Below, one piece after another: positions 1 to 15,751 of a DNA stretch of 64,000 nucleotides (positions are counted from its first letter, which is position 1; every line of letters begins with the position of its first letter). Source of the DNA: the human T2T-CHM13v2.0 reference genome, Homo sapiens. The stretch lies in the NCBI RefSeq assembly GCF_009914755.1, contig NC_060926.1; one strand, written 5' to 3'. The position numbers were made by a program, and so were the translations under genes. The notes below the pieces were generated by a model, which worked only from the letters and a program-made list of their open reading frames with translations, searched no databases and was not told the origin of the DNA.

Positions 1-84
1 GAATTGAGGATGGAAAAGTAGCCAGCTAAGTAGTGACCACGTGTGCACACACCTTTTGCACTTCCTGGACAGCACCAGGCTGCC

Positions 85-500
<416 letters not shown>

Positions 501-519
501 TTCACAGGTCGTCTCCGCT

Positions 520-650
520 GCCCAGGGTGAGACAAGCAAAGCACTGGTTCTCAGGGTTGTGCAAGCTCATGGCCGGCAGTAGAGAGTGAACACCTCCTTA
601 AGTTTTGCACCCTGGGCACCTCACTTGCCTCCCCCTGCATGCCTGGCCTG
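520..650 (-). mobile_element. hAT-type MITE, MER96-like
   Basis: Imperfect terminal inverted repeats (agggtgagacaagc / cacttgcctccccct); resembles recalled MER96 consensus. Confidence 0.55.
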
Positions 651-1153
651 GCTGTTGCTCTCTGCACCTGGGAATCCAGCCCAAGGTGAGAGGGCTTCTC
701 TTCTCTTGTCATTGACAGTCCCCGACACACACAAGACTTTGCGTCTTCTGCTTAGGAATGTTGGTTCCTGATACATAAGGGGCTTTGTGAAGAAGGAGGA
801 AAAAGAACTCTGGAATTTCCTATCAGCTCTGGAGGTGTTAGGAGGGGTGCCTGGGACTAGGGCAGCTATGGTGAGACCTTTCGGGGTGAGGGTCAGGGAC
901 CTTGTGCCCCAGAAGTGCTGTTTGAGGCTTCACAGTTTTCTGAGGCTTCTGGGGGCAGGACGCTGGTGCTTACATGGCCTCTCCCCTCTGCGCTGTCAGG
1001 AACAAACCCTGGAATGCCTGGTAGTTGTGGTTCTGCCCCCTGCCTTCTCCATAGAATATGGAAGGTGCTTACAGAGCACCCTAGAAAGTTTAACCTACTG
1101 CACAGATGTGGACTCAGATAGCAGTAGAAGTAGAGAAAAATTTTCCTCTTCTC

Positions 1154-1450
<297 letters not shown>

Positions 1451-1611
1451 TTCTCATTCTCTTTTAATCCTTCTAATTGCACCTGGGAGAAAAGCTAACC
1501 TATAAAGCCCCCTCCCTGACAACACTTGCTAATCTTCCCCTGTTATCCCCTAGAGACTGGGCCTCAGGCTTGGGAGCCTTGGTGAGTTATGGTATCTGAC
1601 CAGATATTTAG

Positions 1612-1917
<306 letters not shown>

Positions 1918-2094
1918 ACATTGTTTTGTTTTTGTTGTATTTATTTGGGAGGAGTTACCTTCTATTCTTGCAAGTGATGGCAGTTTGCTATTAATGATGC
2001 CAGTAGAGCATTTCCTTTTGAACACATTTATTCAAGCAAAAAAATATGCCTTATGTGTGTAAAATCACATTTATGTGTGTATTTGGATAAAGAC

Positions 2095-2240
2095 ATGTAG
2101 GAAAGGAGGACATCAAAATGTTGATGGTGGTTTTCCCGGGGTGATGAGATTTCAGGTGGTTTTTGGCTTCCTTATTTTTTTTGTGTTGTTTGCATTTTTT
2201 ATAATGAGTATACACTGAGTTACACAATCAGAAAAGAACT
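2095..2240 (+). mobile_element. Ancient L1ME/L1MC 3' end
   Basis: catcaaaatgttgatggtggtt...acaatcagaaaa typical of old L1 3' UTR. Confidence 0.55.
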
Positions 2241-2545
2241 ATATTTATTTATTATTATTATTTGTTGTTTGAGACAGTCTCACTCTTTCGTTCAGGCTGG
2301 AGTGCAGTGGTGTGATCTTGGCTTACTGCAACCTCCGCCTCCCGAGTTCAAGCAATTCTTGTGCCTTAGCCTCCTGAGTAGCTGGGATTACAGGTGTGCA
2401 TCACCACACCGGCTAATCTTTGTATTTTTAGTAAAGATGGGGTTTTGCCATGTTGGCCAGGCTGGTCTCGAACTCCTGACCTCAAGTGATCTGCCTGCCT
2501 CAGCCTTCAAAAGTGCTGATTACAGGTGTGAGCCACCACACCCAG
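2241..2545 (-). mobile_element. Alu (AluS)
   Basis: Full dimer. Confidence 0.95.
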
Positions 2546-2985
2546 CAGAAAAAAAAGTATTTTTATTATGGAAAGAGGTATATGCACTTAAAAGAAAATA
2601 TTAAGTGAATAATAATACAAGGAATATATTTGTCAACATGTTGACTAAAGTTGGGAAACCCAATTCACAAAATAGCAACTTAGGGAGAATGTGGGGCTTG
2701 CTTTGGGAGGCTGTGTGGGAGAAGAGGGGACAACTGAAAGCAAGCAGAGAAGGATCCAGGAAGGGCTTCCTGTCCTGGGACATTGTGGCTGCCGCCAAAT
2801 AGCAGCTGGGCTCTGTCCTTTCAGTGTTGTTCACAGGATTCCATTTCAGAGTCTCAGTTACAACTTTTTAATGGGGACATAATGATCATTTGGTGAGGTC
2901 AAGGCTGAGTTTTGGTGGTGTGTTATTTACCTTGCCAGGATGGGGTGGACAAGAGGAAACTTCGTCAGGGGTCTTGCTATGTTGC

Positions 2986-3745
<760 letters not shown>

Positions 3746-4299
3746 GTTACCCAGGCTGGTCTTGAACTCCTGGCCTCAAGCAATGTCTCTTGGTTGAGAG
3801 CACTGGCTTCTCCCCATTGGGCTGTCCTTGTCTGCAAGGTGACTGCTGTGTGGTTCCTATCCCAGACACTTGGTGGCTGGTGCCAGGCCCATGGTACTGG
3901 CCCCTCCCAGGGAGGGCATAATTTAACAGGAGCCCTGGGGCAAAGGATTCCTGATGTGTAGCCTTGGGAACCCTAGGCTCACTGCCCTCAGGAAGAGCCT
4001 TTTTTAGATCACAGCCTAAGTTACTGTTTAACCTTTAATAGGGCCAGCAGCACAGTCCAGACGCAACAAGAAGCACACAAGTAATCTCAGCTCTTCTTCC
4101 TCGGGGACTTAACTTGGCTTCACATCTGACTCTGGTTCTGGGCATCTAATGTGGGACAGATGTGGGGTAGGAGACAGTATCTGCCAATCATGAGATAATA
4201 AGGACTAAGTAGCTGCTACTCACTAGCACTGTGGGAGGACCAGATAGTCACTGTCCCTGTTCTTCTGGAGGCGGCAGGAAGCAGCATGTGGCAGAGAAG

Positions 4300-4890
4300 C
4301 GGGGTTGCCACAGGACACAGTGTAGGGCTCTGGAGGTGGGGTAGGGCAGGGGGCCTGAGCAGGAAACCTTTATGCTGAGACACAAGGAGTTTGCCAGGTG
4401 ACAACAGGTAGGGAGGGGCAGCCCAGGAAGAGGACTGTGTGCAGAAATCCTGAGGCAGGAGGGATGTGGTGTCCAGTTGAGAGATGCCCTTTAGGTGGCT
4501 AAAGAAGAAAGCGCAGGCTGGGGACCCCTGGGGAGCAGATGAGCCTGGGGAGACAGACAGGGCCAGATCCTGTGGGACTGCCTAGGGCAGTGGTTCCCAA
4601 TGGAAGGCAATTTTGTCCTCCAGGGACATTTGGCAAGGTTGTCACAAGTGTGTTGGGGGGTGCTCCAGGGATGCTGCTGAACATCCTGCAATGCAGAGGA
4701 TAGCTCTGACAACAAAGAATTTTCCGCCCCCAAATGTCAGTAGTGCTGAGGTTGAGAAACCCTCTTCTAGGACCACTTGAAGGACTTTGTTCCTTATTCT
4801 GAAGCCAAGGGGAAGCCATAAAGGGGTTTTACATAGGAGAGTGACTGATCAGATTTCTGTTGTAGAGTATTCCATGTGGCTGCTCTGAGG
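4300..4890 (-). mobile_element. L2 fragment split by MER20
   Basis: ggagtttgccaggtg..., ggccagatc..., gggaagccat...ggagagtgac...atcagattt L2 motifs. Confidence 0.7.
4588..4764 (+). mobile_element. MER20 (hAT-Charlie)
   Basis: cagtggttc...gggacatttggcaa...caaatgtcagtagtgctgaggttgagaaaccct. Confidence 0.85.
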
Positions 4891-5163
4891 AATTTTGAGA
4901 CCTAACTGTTCTAATTCAGAACCACTCTTGGTAGTTGTGGATCCATTCTCCAGCTTGGGAATTTCCAGCCTCTGTGATTTTCTCTCCCCCATCCCCACAC
5001 CCGCACCTCCAGGGCTAGGCTTTTGGCTGCTTTGTGGCCATCTGGGTTTCTGCCAGGGCAGGGAAACCAAAGCAGATATTTACTAAGAGCTAAGCAGGGC
5101 AGGGGTTTCTCCACTCCACACAATAGGTACAGCACTAGGGCCTACGAAAGTGTTTAAGGCCTA

Positions 5164-5523
5164 TGTGGCAGGCAGAAAAATGCTCCTGCAAAGATGTGCA
5201 TGTCCTAATCCCCCAAACCTGTGAATATGTTACCTTACATGGCAAAGGGATTTGGTAGAAGTGCTTAAGTTAAGGATCTTGAGAAGTGGGAAGATTATCC
5301 TGGATTATCTGGGTAAGCCCAATGTAATCAAAAGGGTCCTTCTAAGCGGAAGATAGGAGGGTCAGATTCAGAGGCTGGGTGATGACAGAAGCAGAGGACA
5401 GAGAGAGATTTCTAGATGCTGCAGCTGGTTCTAAAGATAGAGGAAGGGACCAGAATTCCAAGATAAATTTGTGTGCCACCAAATTTTTGGTAATTTGTTA
5501 CACAGCAACAGGAAACTAATACA
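5164..5523 (+). mobile_element. MLT1D-like MaLR LTR
   Basis: tgtggcaggcagaa...ggaaactaataca; TSD gccta/gcctg. Confidence 0.85.
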
Positions 5524-5656
5524 GCCTGGAAAAAGTTTTTATTAACTCTGAAATAAAAGAGGAAAACTGCAAACTAGATATTAATAAATGCATTTATTTT
5601 AAAATTTGTTTTTTAATATTTAATAAATACAAAAAGGTATAAAGATTAATACAACA

Positions 5657-5954
5657 GGCCAGGCACAGTGGCTCACATCTATAAGCCCAGAATTTTGGGA
5701 GGCTGAGACAGGCGAATTGCTTGAGGCCAGAAGTTCAAGACCAGCATGGGCAACATAGGGAGAGCTAGTCTCTACAAAAAAATTTAAAAATTAGCCAGGT
5801 GTGGTAGTACATGCCTCTAGTCCCAGATACCTGGGAGGCTGAGGCAAAAGGATTACTTGAGCCCAGGAGTTCAAGCCTGTAGTGAGCTATGATCAGGCTA
5901 CTGCACTCCATCCTGGGTGATGGAGGGAGACTCTGCCTAAAAAGAAAAAAAAAA
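5657..5954 (+). mobile_element. AluJ
   Basis: Diverged dimer, gagcccaggagttc J diagnostic. Confidence 0.9.
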
Positions 5955-5959
5955 GACTA

Positions 5960-7020
5960 ATATAACACACAGCTAGGTAGTATTACCCACCCAACTCAAG
6001 AAATAAAGCATCTCTTTCTTATTTTATCTATTTTTTTTTTTAAGACTAGAGATGGGGTCTTGCTGTGTTGCCCAGGCTGGTCTCAAACTCCTGGGCTCAA
6101 GCAATCCTCCCACCTCAGCCTCCCAAACTGCTAGGATCCCAGGCATGAGCCACCATGCCTGGCCGAAATAAAGCATTTCTAATACAGCCAAAGAATCTTG
6201 CAGACCCATGTTGATTTCATTCCCCTTTCTTCCTTAGAGAGGTAATCAATATCCTAAAGTTGGTATTTATTATATTCTCATATTTTTAATAAATGTATCC
6301 CCAAACAATACGTAATATTGCTTTGCATGCAACTTTATATACATGGCATCATAGTGTGTTTTCTTATGCAGCTTGATTTTTATGTCAAATGTGTTCTGAA
6401 AATCATTCTTGTTGATGTATATGGCAACTATATATTACCCTATCGTATGAATATGTCCTACTTTATTCTGCTGACACACATTTAGGTTGTTACCAGTTTG
6501 GGGCTATTACAAACCATATGGCCATGAACATATTTGTACCTGTCTCATTGTGAATTTCTGCAAGGGTTTCTCTAGAGTTAATTCCCAAGAGTGGAACTTC
6601 TGGTACCTTGGATAAATAGCTTCTCCAGAGAGTTCAAACCATTCTTTAGAGAGACTGGGCCAATCAAAATTCAACTGGTGATGCATAGAATTCTTGGTGA
6701 TGCTGGTATTCTTAGATTTTTGCCAATATAATGAATGTGAAATAATATTTTATTGTGATAAAAACTTTTATTTTCTGGATCACTATGGAGTTGAGTATCT
6801 TTTCCTGTGTTTACAGATCATTCCTGTTTCTTCTGTGAATTGCCTGTTCATCTCTTTGCCCACTTTTCTGTTGGATTGATGGTCTTTCTCTTGTCGTTTT
6901 GTAGAAATTCTTTGTATTGTTTGGAGTACTACCCCTTTGTAGTTATATGTGTTGCAAATATCTTCTCCCATTGTATGGTTTGTCTTTTCATGAACATACA
7001 TTGTCTTTTGATGAAGAGTC
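5960..7020 (-). mobile_element. Old L1ME fragment
   Basis: catttaggttgttaccagtttggggctattacaaa, gttgcaaatatcttctccca motifs. Confidence 0.75.
6016..6164 (-). mobile_element. FLAM/AluJ monomer
   Basis: Single monomer; TSD gaaataaagcatctct/gaaataaagcatttct. Confidence 0.9.
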
Positions 7021-7201
7021 TATTGAGGCAGGAATATCATCTTATCCCAAGGCAGGAATTGGGCAGAAATTCAGTTCCATGATCCACCTAGGATTATGTT
7101 TCAAGGCTCAACTGGTGAGAATAGTTAAGGAGTGTAACTGGCACTGGACCTCAGTGTTGGAAAGTAATGGGGCATGGTGTGCACTGTAGCAAGCTGGAGA
7201 G

Positions 7202-7784
7202 CGTTGGGAACAGGTGCTTGGTGTCGCAAAAATCAACACTGAGACAAAGGATCTCTCAGCAAGGCTAGTTTACTTTCTGCAGAAAGGGTGCCGCTCACTA
7301 GCAGTCTTGCCATGAGCGCACACCCGAACAAAGGAGACAGGGTCACTTATAACCTGAAGTGGCCACCCTACTGCTGTGTCTGGTTTCCACTGGATGGAAT
7401 GCGACCTCACATTCTGTACTAGTCCCGATTGGCTAGTGACTTAGAACTTTCCAAAAGAGGCAAAGGCAGAGGAGAACAAAGGAAGGTGGAAGCCACTTGT
7501 GGAATGCTGAGAAAGGTAAAAACACCTCCAAATAAGGAAGAGGAACAGGCTGTGGCCTAATGCTTGCTTGGACCAGTATAAGCATGCCAGGGCAAATATC
7601 TAGGCTAAAATATGGGAGCTAAGAACACAAAGTACATTGATTTCTTTATTACGGCTAGCAGATATCTAAGAATGTTAGCCCAGGTCTTTGAATAAATTTT
7701 GCTTCTAAAAGAAGTTACTATTTATTCGTAATTAGACGGGGAGGAAAGTCCCTTTGAAGAGAAACCTCTACTTCACTTTCTACA
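7202..7784 (-). mobile_element. LTR10-family (LTR10C-like) ERV1 solo LTR
   Basis: Minus strand starts tgtagaaagtgaagtagaggtttctcttcaaag; CCAAT and TATA-like motifs; ends ...cccaacg. Confidence 0.8.
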
Positions 7785-7800
7785 ATTGAAAATGGCTGTT

Positions 7801-7818
7801 AAAAAAAAAAAAAAAAAA
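7801..7818 (+). mobile_element. Poly(A)-only retroposon insertion
   Basis: A18 flanked by perfect 13 bp direct repeat gaaaatggctgtt. Confidence 0.75.
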
Positions 7819-7859
7819 GAAAATGGCTGTTATGGGATATAGTGATTCCTTGATTCCAG

Positions 7860-8050
7860 CTGCCTTATGTGAGCAGGGAATGCAGACGTAATATTGTCAG
7901 ATCTTCTGATTTTTTTCAAGAGAAACCAGAAATCCAGATTTTTATGGGGATGGCAACTGATTTTTAAGTACTGGCTCAAATTCAATAATTTTACAAAGTT
8001 GTTCAGGCCAAATAAAACATTTTTCTGGGGTGCCACTTTGTGACCTTTGA
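7860..8050. mobile_element. MER102-like hAT fossil
   Basis: agatcttctgattttttcaagagaaaccagaaatccagatttt...tgtgacct. Confidence 0.65.
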
Positions 8051-8407
8051 TTTAGCCCAGAATAAATTGTTTGTTTGCAGCCTGAACTACCTTTGGGATA
8101 ACCAGTTCCTAAGAGCCATATGAAATAATATTTCCTTTTACTTGTACTGAAATAACCTCTGTTGAATAACAAGAATCTTTCCTTACTTGAATGCTTAGGA
8201 ATTTGTAGTTCCCAATACAATCTCACAGATTTCAGTTGTATCTCATATTAATTGTCTCCTTCTCAGACAGAAGTTGAGATGAATGAAATAGTCACAAAGC
8301 CTGAGACCAGTGTTCTGGTATTGACTTGCTTCCCACAGTACTTAATGAAAATAATTGTTTTTTTCTTTTAGGTCTAAGTAAGTGTCTTAATGGCTGTAAT
8401 TTACTTG

Positions 8408-8860
8408 TGTGAACCCAGAAAATCTGAGACAGGTCTCAGTTTATTTAGAAAGTTTATTTTGCCAAGGTTGTGGACAGCCTGTGACACAGCCTCAGTAAGT
8501 CCTGATGACATGTGCCCAAGGTGATCGGGGGACAGCTTGGTTTTATACATTTTAGGGAAACATGAGGCATTAATCAATATATGTAAGAAGTACATTGATT
8601 CTGTATGGAAAGGCAGGACAACTTGAAGCAAAGTCAGGAAGTGGGGAAGGAGCTTCTAGGTCACAGATAGGTGAGACACAAAGGGTTGCATTCTTTTGAG
8701 TTTCTGATTAGCCTTTCCAAAGGAGGCAATCAGATATGCATCTATGTCAGTGAGCAGAGGGATAACTTTGAATAGAATGGGAGGCAAGTTTGCCTTAAGC
8801 AGTTTCCAGCTTGAGTTCTCCTTAGTGATTTTGGGGGCCCAAGATGTTTTTCATTTCACA
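8408..8860 (-). mobile_element. MER4A1-like ERV1 solo LTR
   Basis: tgtgaacccagaaaatctgagacaggtctcag...tttcaca; 4 bp TSD cttg. Confidence 0.88.
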
Positions 8861-9823
8861 CTTGTAAATACTGCAGCATTGACAATGGAATGCTGTGTAC
8901 CTGCTAGTCAAATTAAGCTTCAATTCCAAGGGCAAGCTACACCCCAGGGGTGTCAGCTAGTTTTATATCTGAAAGGCTATTCAAGGTGCCCCTTAGAAAT
9001 TGCTTGAGTCATCTATATTTTGATTGATAGCAGATACTTTGCTAATCAGCACATGAATATCAGAAATTGGTTTTATTTTGTGGTGAAATCAGTGGGTTGG
9101 TAATTAGCATGAGACAATGATAGAAAAGGGCTCACTGATGAAATTAAAGAGAATCAAGATATGTGAATATGCTAACATATTTGAGAGGCCCTGCTCATTT
9201 GCCTGAACAGGGTGTAAGAGTCTATTGAGGCCTTTAGCATGCCCCTATAAAGATGGTGCAAGACCCTGGACTCTGAACCACTCCTGTATCCAGATATTGC
9301 TTTAGAAGAGTTTCTGGTTGCCTGATGCTGACCACAGAGATAATTAAATCCTGTCTCTGAAATGTTGGTTCTCTTCCTGCGGACCATTCATGTCATGTAG
9401 TCATTAAATCATTTAAAAGGACATAAGCTGGGACTTCATGAAACCTACAGAGTGGGTTGTATAAAATGTTCTGTGCCTAATGGTCCATGAATATTGGCTT
9501 AATAAATGTCTTTGAGTGGGGCAGAATTTTGCCTGGGGCTTTCTTTTATTACAGGTTGATAGCAAGGTAGGAAATGAGCAGCTTAATCTTACCCACTACC
9601 AAACATCTTGAGCTACTGCCATAAACTGAAAGTAACAGGCTAGTTCCCAAAAATGAAACAATGGAGGAGCCAAAACAAAGCTGGAGGCATCACATTACCT
9701 GACTTTATACTACAAAGTTGTAGTAACCAAAACAACGTGGGACTGGTATAAAATCAGACCCACAGACCAATGGAAACCAAATAGAGAACCCAGAAATAAA
9801 CGCACACATTTACAGTCAAGTCA

Positions 9824-10089
<266 letters not shown>

Positions 10090-10212
10090 AGTCAACTCAT
10101 TTTTGACAAAGGCACCAAGAACATAAATTAGGGAAAGGACACCTTTTTAATAAATGATGTTAGGAAAATGATAATCATATGCAGAGGAATGAAACTAGAC
10201 CCCTATTTCTCA

Positions 10213-10566
<354 letters not shown>

Positions 10567-11198
10567 CTAAATGTAAGACATGAAACTACTAGAAGAAAAC
10601 ATTGGAGAAATGCTTCAGGGACAATAGGCTGGGCTAAGATTTCTTGAGTAAGACCTCAACAGCACAGGTAACCAAAGCAAAAACTGACAAATGTCATTAG
10701 ATCAAGCTAAAAAGCTTCTGCACAGCAGATAAAACAATCAACAAAGTGAAGAGACAACTTATAAGATGGGAGAAAATACTTGAAAACTACTCATCTGGTG
10801 AAGAATTAATAACCAAAATATAGAAAGAACTCAAACAACTCAATAACAAAAAAAAATCTGATTTAAAAATATGTAAAAGATCTGAATAGACATTTCTCAA
10901 AAGAAGACATAAAAATGGCTAACAGGTATATGAAAAAATGCTCAACATCACTAAGCATTAGGGAAATGCAAATCAAAACCAGAATGAGATATCCCAGTTA
11001 AAATGATTATTGTTAAAAAAACAGAAAATAGCAAAAGTTGTCAAGGGTGCAGAGAAAGGGGAATGCTCATACACTGTTGGTGGGAATATAAATTAGTATA
11101 TCCACTATGGAAAACAGTATGGAGGGTTGTCAAAAAACTAAAAATAGAACTACCATATGATCCAGCAATCATCCTTCTGGGTATATACTCAAAAGAAA

Positions 11199-11500
11199 GG
11201 GCTGGGCATGGTGGCTCATGTCTGTAATCCCAGCACTTTGGGAGGTGAAGGCAGAAGAATCACTTGAGTCCAAGAGTTCAAGACTAGCCTGGGCAATATG
11301 GTAAGACCCTGTCTCTACAAAATTTTTTAAAGAAATTAGCCTGGTGTGGTGGCATGCACCTGTAGTCCTAGCTACTTGGGAAACTGAGGTGGGAGGATCA
11401 TTTGATCCTGGGAGCTTAAGGCTGTAGTGAGCCATGATCGTGCCACTGCACTCCTGCTTGGGTGGCAAAGCAAGACCCTGTCTCAAAAAAGAGAAATAAA
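11199..11500 (+). mobile_element. AluJ
   Basis: Diverged dimer. Confidence 0.9.
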
Positions 11501-11893
11501 GAAAGGAAATCAGTATATCAAAGAGATATCTCCACCCCCACATTTATTGCAGCACTATTTACAATAGCCAAGATATGGAATCAACATTAAGTGTCTATCA
11601 ACAGATGAATGAATAAAGAAAAGGTTTTATACACACAATGGAATATTATTCTACCGTAAAACAGAATGAAATCCTGTTATTTGCAACAACATGGATGGAA
11701 CTGGAAGACATTATGTTAAGTGAAACAGGCCAGGCATGGAAAGACAAATGTCTTATGTTCTAACTCATATGTGGGAGCTAAAATAATCTACCTCATGGAG
11801 GTAGAGAGTAGAATGGCGGTTACCAGAGGCTAGAAGGGCAATGGAGAGGGGAAGATAAAAAGGGGATGGTTAATGGGCACAAAAATACGGTTA

Positions 11894-12187
<294 letters not shown>

Positions 12188-12394
12188 ATACAGTTAGATA
12201 GAAGAAATAAGATCTGGTGTTTGGTAGCACAATAGGGCAACTATAGCTATCAATAATCTATTGTATATTTCAAAATAGCTAGAAGAGTAGATTTAGAATG
12301 TTCCCAACACAAATGATAAATGTTTGTGGAGGTGGATATCCCAGTTACCCAGGTTTGATCATTACACATTGCATGCTTCTATCACATGTACCCC

Positions 12395-12751
12395 TGATAT
12401 AGTTTGGCTCTGTGTCCCCATCCAAATCTCACATCAAATTGTAATCCCCATGTGATTACGAGGGGAGGGAGGTGATTGGATCATGGGGGCAGTTTTCCCC
12501 ATGCTGTTCTCATGATAGTGAGTTTGTTCTCATGAGATGTGGTAGTTTTATAAGGGGCTCTTCCCCGCTTTGCTTACTTCTCTCTCTCCTGCTGCCTTGT
12601 GAAGAAGGTGCCGGCTTCTCCTTCCGCCATGATTGTAAGTTTCCTGAGGCCTCCCCACCATGCAGAACTGTGAGTCAATTAAGCCTCTTTCCTTTATAAA
12701 TTGCCCAGTCTCAGGTATTTCCTTATAGCAGTGTGAGAATAGATTAATACA
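12395..12751 (+). mobile_element. THE1D/MSTA-like MaLR solo LTR
   Basis: tgatatagtttggctctgtgtcccc...attaataca; TSD acccc/acacc. Confidence 0.9.
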
Positions 12752-12772
12752 ACACCATAATATGTACAACTA

Positions 12773-13080
12773 TTTTTTTGAGACAGGGTCTCACTGTGTC
12801 ACCCAGGCTGGAGTGCATTGGCATGATCACAGCTCACTGCAGCCCTGACCCCCAACCCATGTCAGCCTCCCACATCAAGTGATCTTCCCACGTCAGCCTC
12901 CCAAGTAGCTGGGACCACAGGTGCATGCCACAACACCTGGCTAATGTTTTATATATTTTTTGTAGAGATGGGGTTTCACTATGTTGTACAAGCTGATCTC
13001 AAACTCCTGGCTTCAAGTAATCCTCCTGCCTTGGCTTACCAAAGTGCTGGGATTACAGGTGTGAGCCACCATGCCTAGCC
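12773..13080 (-). mobile_element. AluJ
   Basis: TSD tgtacaactatt. Confidence 0.9.
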
Positions 13081-13216
13081 TGTACAACTATTATGTGTCC
13101 ATAATAATTAAAAATAAAAAGTTTTTGAAAGAAAGAAAATAGAACATGGAGGAGCCAGCCTCAGAGATGAGAACTGATTCCTGAAGGCCCCAGGAATACA
13201 TGACTAACTCTGCTTC

Positions 13217-13813
13217 TGTAGGGGAGTAAAAAATGGCTTTCCTATAGCCTTCTAGGTTCCTTGGCTGGGCTATGAATTAAGTTAATGTAAGACTAATGAA
13301 CAGGGGAAAAGCCATATTTAATTACCTATGCATGCATGGGAGTCTTACAAAATATGAGACTTGAAGAAGAGGCATATGACTGAAGCTTAGAGCATCCTGA
13401 GATACAGAAAGCAATGGGGGCTTGGGGCTTCTGGGAGGTGGCGGCCACACAAGTTATGGAAGGGTGAGGGGAGGAAATGTGTGGTGAATAAAGGTCTTCT
13501 TGTTATGCAGATAAAAGTCTCCCAGGTAACAAGGTCGGGAGCAGCCCTTAGGAGAATAGGTGGTTTCTGTCTAGGCCTAGTGTCCACCTCCAGGCTCTCT
13601 CCTGTGATCCCAGTTAATCTCCCCTGGTGGATGAGATTCCTGCAAAGGAGATTCAGGACAATTGAGTTCCATTTGGAGGAAGGTCTTTAGGCAGCTAATG
13701 GGAGCTCAGAAAAAGCCTCTGTCTGCATCCACTGTTCCCCATGTGCCCTCGGTTCAAAGCAATCAGCACACCAAAGTGTGATATTTTGGGGTGGCATTTC
13801 TTGGACTCCTTCA
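13217..13813 (-). mobile_element. MER34-family (MER34C-like) ERV1 solo LTR
   Basis: Minus strand begins tgaaggagtccaagaaatgccaccccaaaatat; TSD gcttc/acttc; homologous to 20081-21742. Confidence 0.8.
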
Positions 13814-15393
13814 ACTTCATCCTCCAAGCCAGACTTTTCAACAGGAAAGTCATCTGGGTGTCTACATACTGGTTGTCATTGTATTCATATTTTATTGTTC
13901 CTCTTCTATCTAGTTGTCCCCAATTGTTGGCAGGAAATTTATTTTTTATTACTTCTCTTCCTGTATTTTGACTGGAAACTGGTGTTTTCTGACAACACAG
14001 CACACAGGCAGCTGGGTTTTGTGGCACTGAGCACATAACAAAAGGGTCATGGGCTTTTGGCTTTATTTCCTGAAAGTTGGTGCTAGTGCCCGCATTTGAT
14101 GTTTCTAGCCTATGAAACACATCAGGTGTCCCAGGAGGAGATGCCAGCTCAGCTGCCATAGGTACAGAGACAAGTATGGGGCAGTGGCAGGAAAGTCTGA
14201 AGCAAGAACAGGACTGTGGCCTGGGCAAGCCCTTCCTTTGGGGTCTGAGCCCTAGGGGAGTTATCTAAACCTAAATGCAGGCCTGCAGGAGTGTAGCCTG
14301 TAGGACTTGCATACAGGGCTCTGCAGATTGAATGGGGATCAAGGTCGCCAGTGTCTCCAAGGCACAGAACTACTAAACAGCTTGTCATCATAACATAGTA
14401 GTAGAGGCAGGTGGTGGGCCTTCAGTGAAGCCACAGGGAAACATAGCAGGAGCCCATCAGCACAGCCTGTGCCAGCAGCCTGGGGGACCTTCTTGGAAAA
14501 TGTTTATTTATTTATTTATCTTTTACCAGAAAGATTACTATGAAACACAAAGAAAATTATTCATGAAAATATACAGGAAATCAATTATTTCAAATAAAAT
14601 ACTACTACGAGCCATAGGTTCTGCATGTTTGGAATCTAAATCCTGGAATTGTCTGTTGCTGTTCACCTGTCTCATTTTTGCTCTCCAGTTACCCTTAAGA
14701 CTGGTGCTGATTTAAATATTCAGGGAGGGTGGGTATCTAAGAGGGTCTGTCCATTTGGAAAAGGCAGCAAAGACTATCCTCTCACCCACTGCCCTAACCT
14801 GTGGATTATGTTGTGAGGGTAGGACCTCGTGCCTACCCTCATAACACTTTCAGTTCTTTGATTTGTGATCTGCTTCTTGTGTTTCACTGTGCCTGGCAAG
14901 GCCATTTCTTCTCTGCTAGTTCTAATTTAGGCAGATGGCTATTGCTTTTCTTATATATGCCAACTTTTCCACACCAAAGTTTGTATCTCTAGGGAGCTAC
15001 TTCTGTTTATTAACAATGGGATTTTATTCCTTCAGTGAAAGTAGATTATGAACAAATAGCAAAATGAATGTGTATTTCACCAATCTCTTCCAGCTGCCTC
15101 TTAGCTCACCAGAGGGGCTGAGAGGAGCCTCTGCCTTGTTCAGTCTTGAATCTTGGGTGACTGTGTGTGGCCATTTTTATGTGAGCCATTTCTACTGACT
15201 CTCTCCTCAGCCCGTCCTAATCAAGTTTCTGCCCCTTCTGCTGCACTGATATGCTCTTCCCACAACTACCCGTGAGGCCCTGTCATGCTAAAAAGAATTG
15301 ACATGGTCCACCTGTCATTTACCCAATGCTTCTGCTTATACTTGCATGTGAAATTAACACTCCCTTTTCATTTATATTTATATTTGTATTTTA

Positions 15394-15751
<358 letters not shown>

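Noticed and set aside
586-695. Hydrophobic ORF ending at a phase-1 donor (caag|gtgag)
   Set aside because: No ATG and overlaps a MER96-like element; shows such leader-like patterns can arise by chance.
13695-14228. Longest ORF in the track (177 aa)
   Set aside because: Non-ATG start, runs into an LTR, no recognisable domain.
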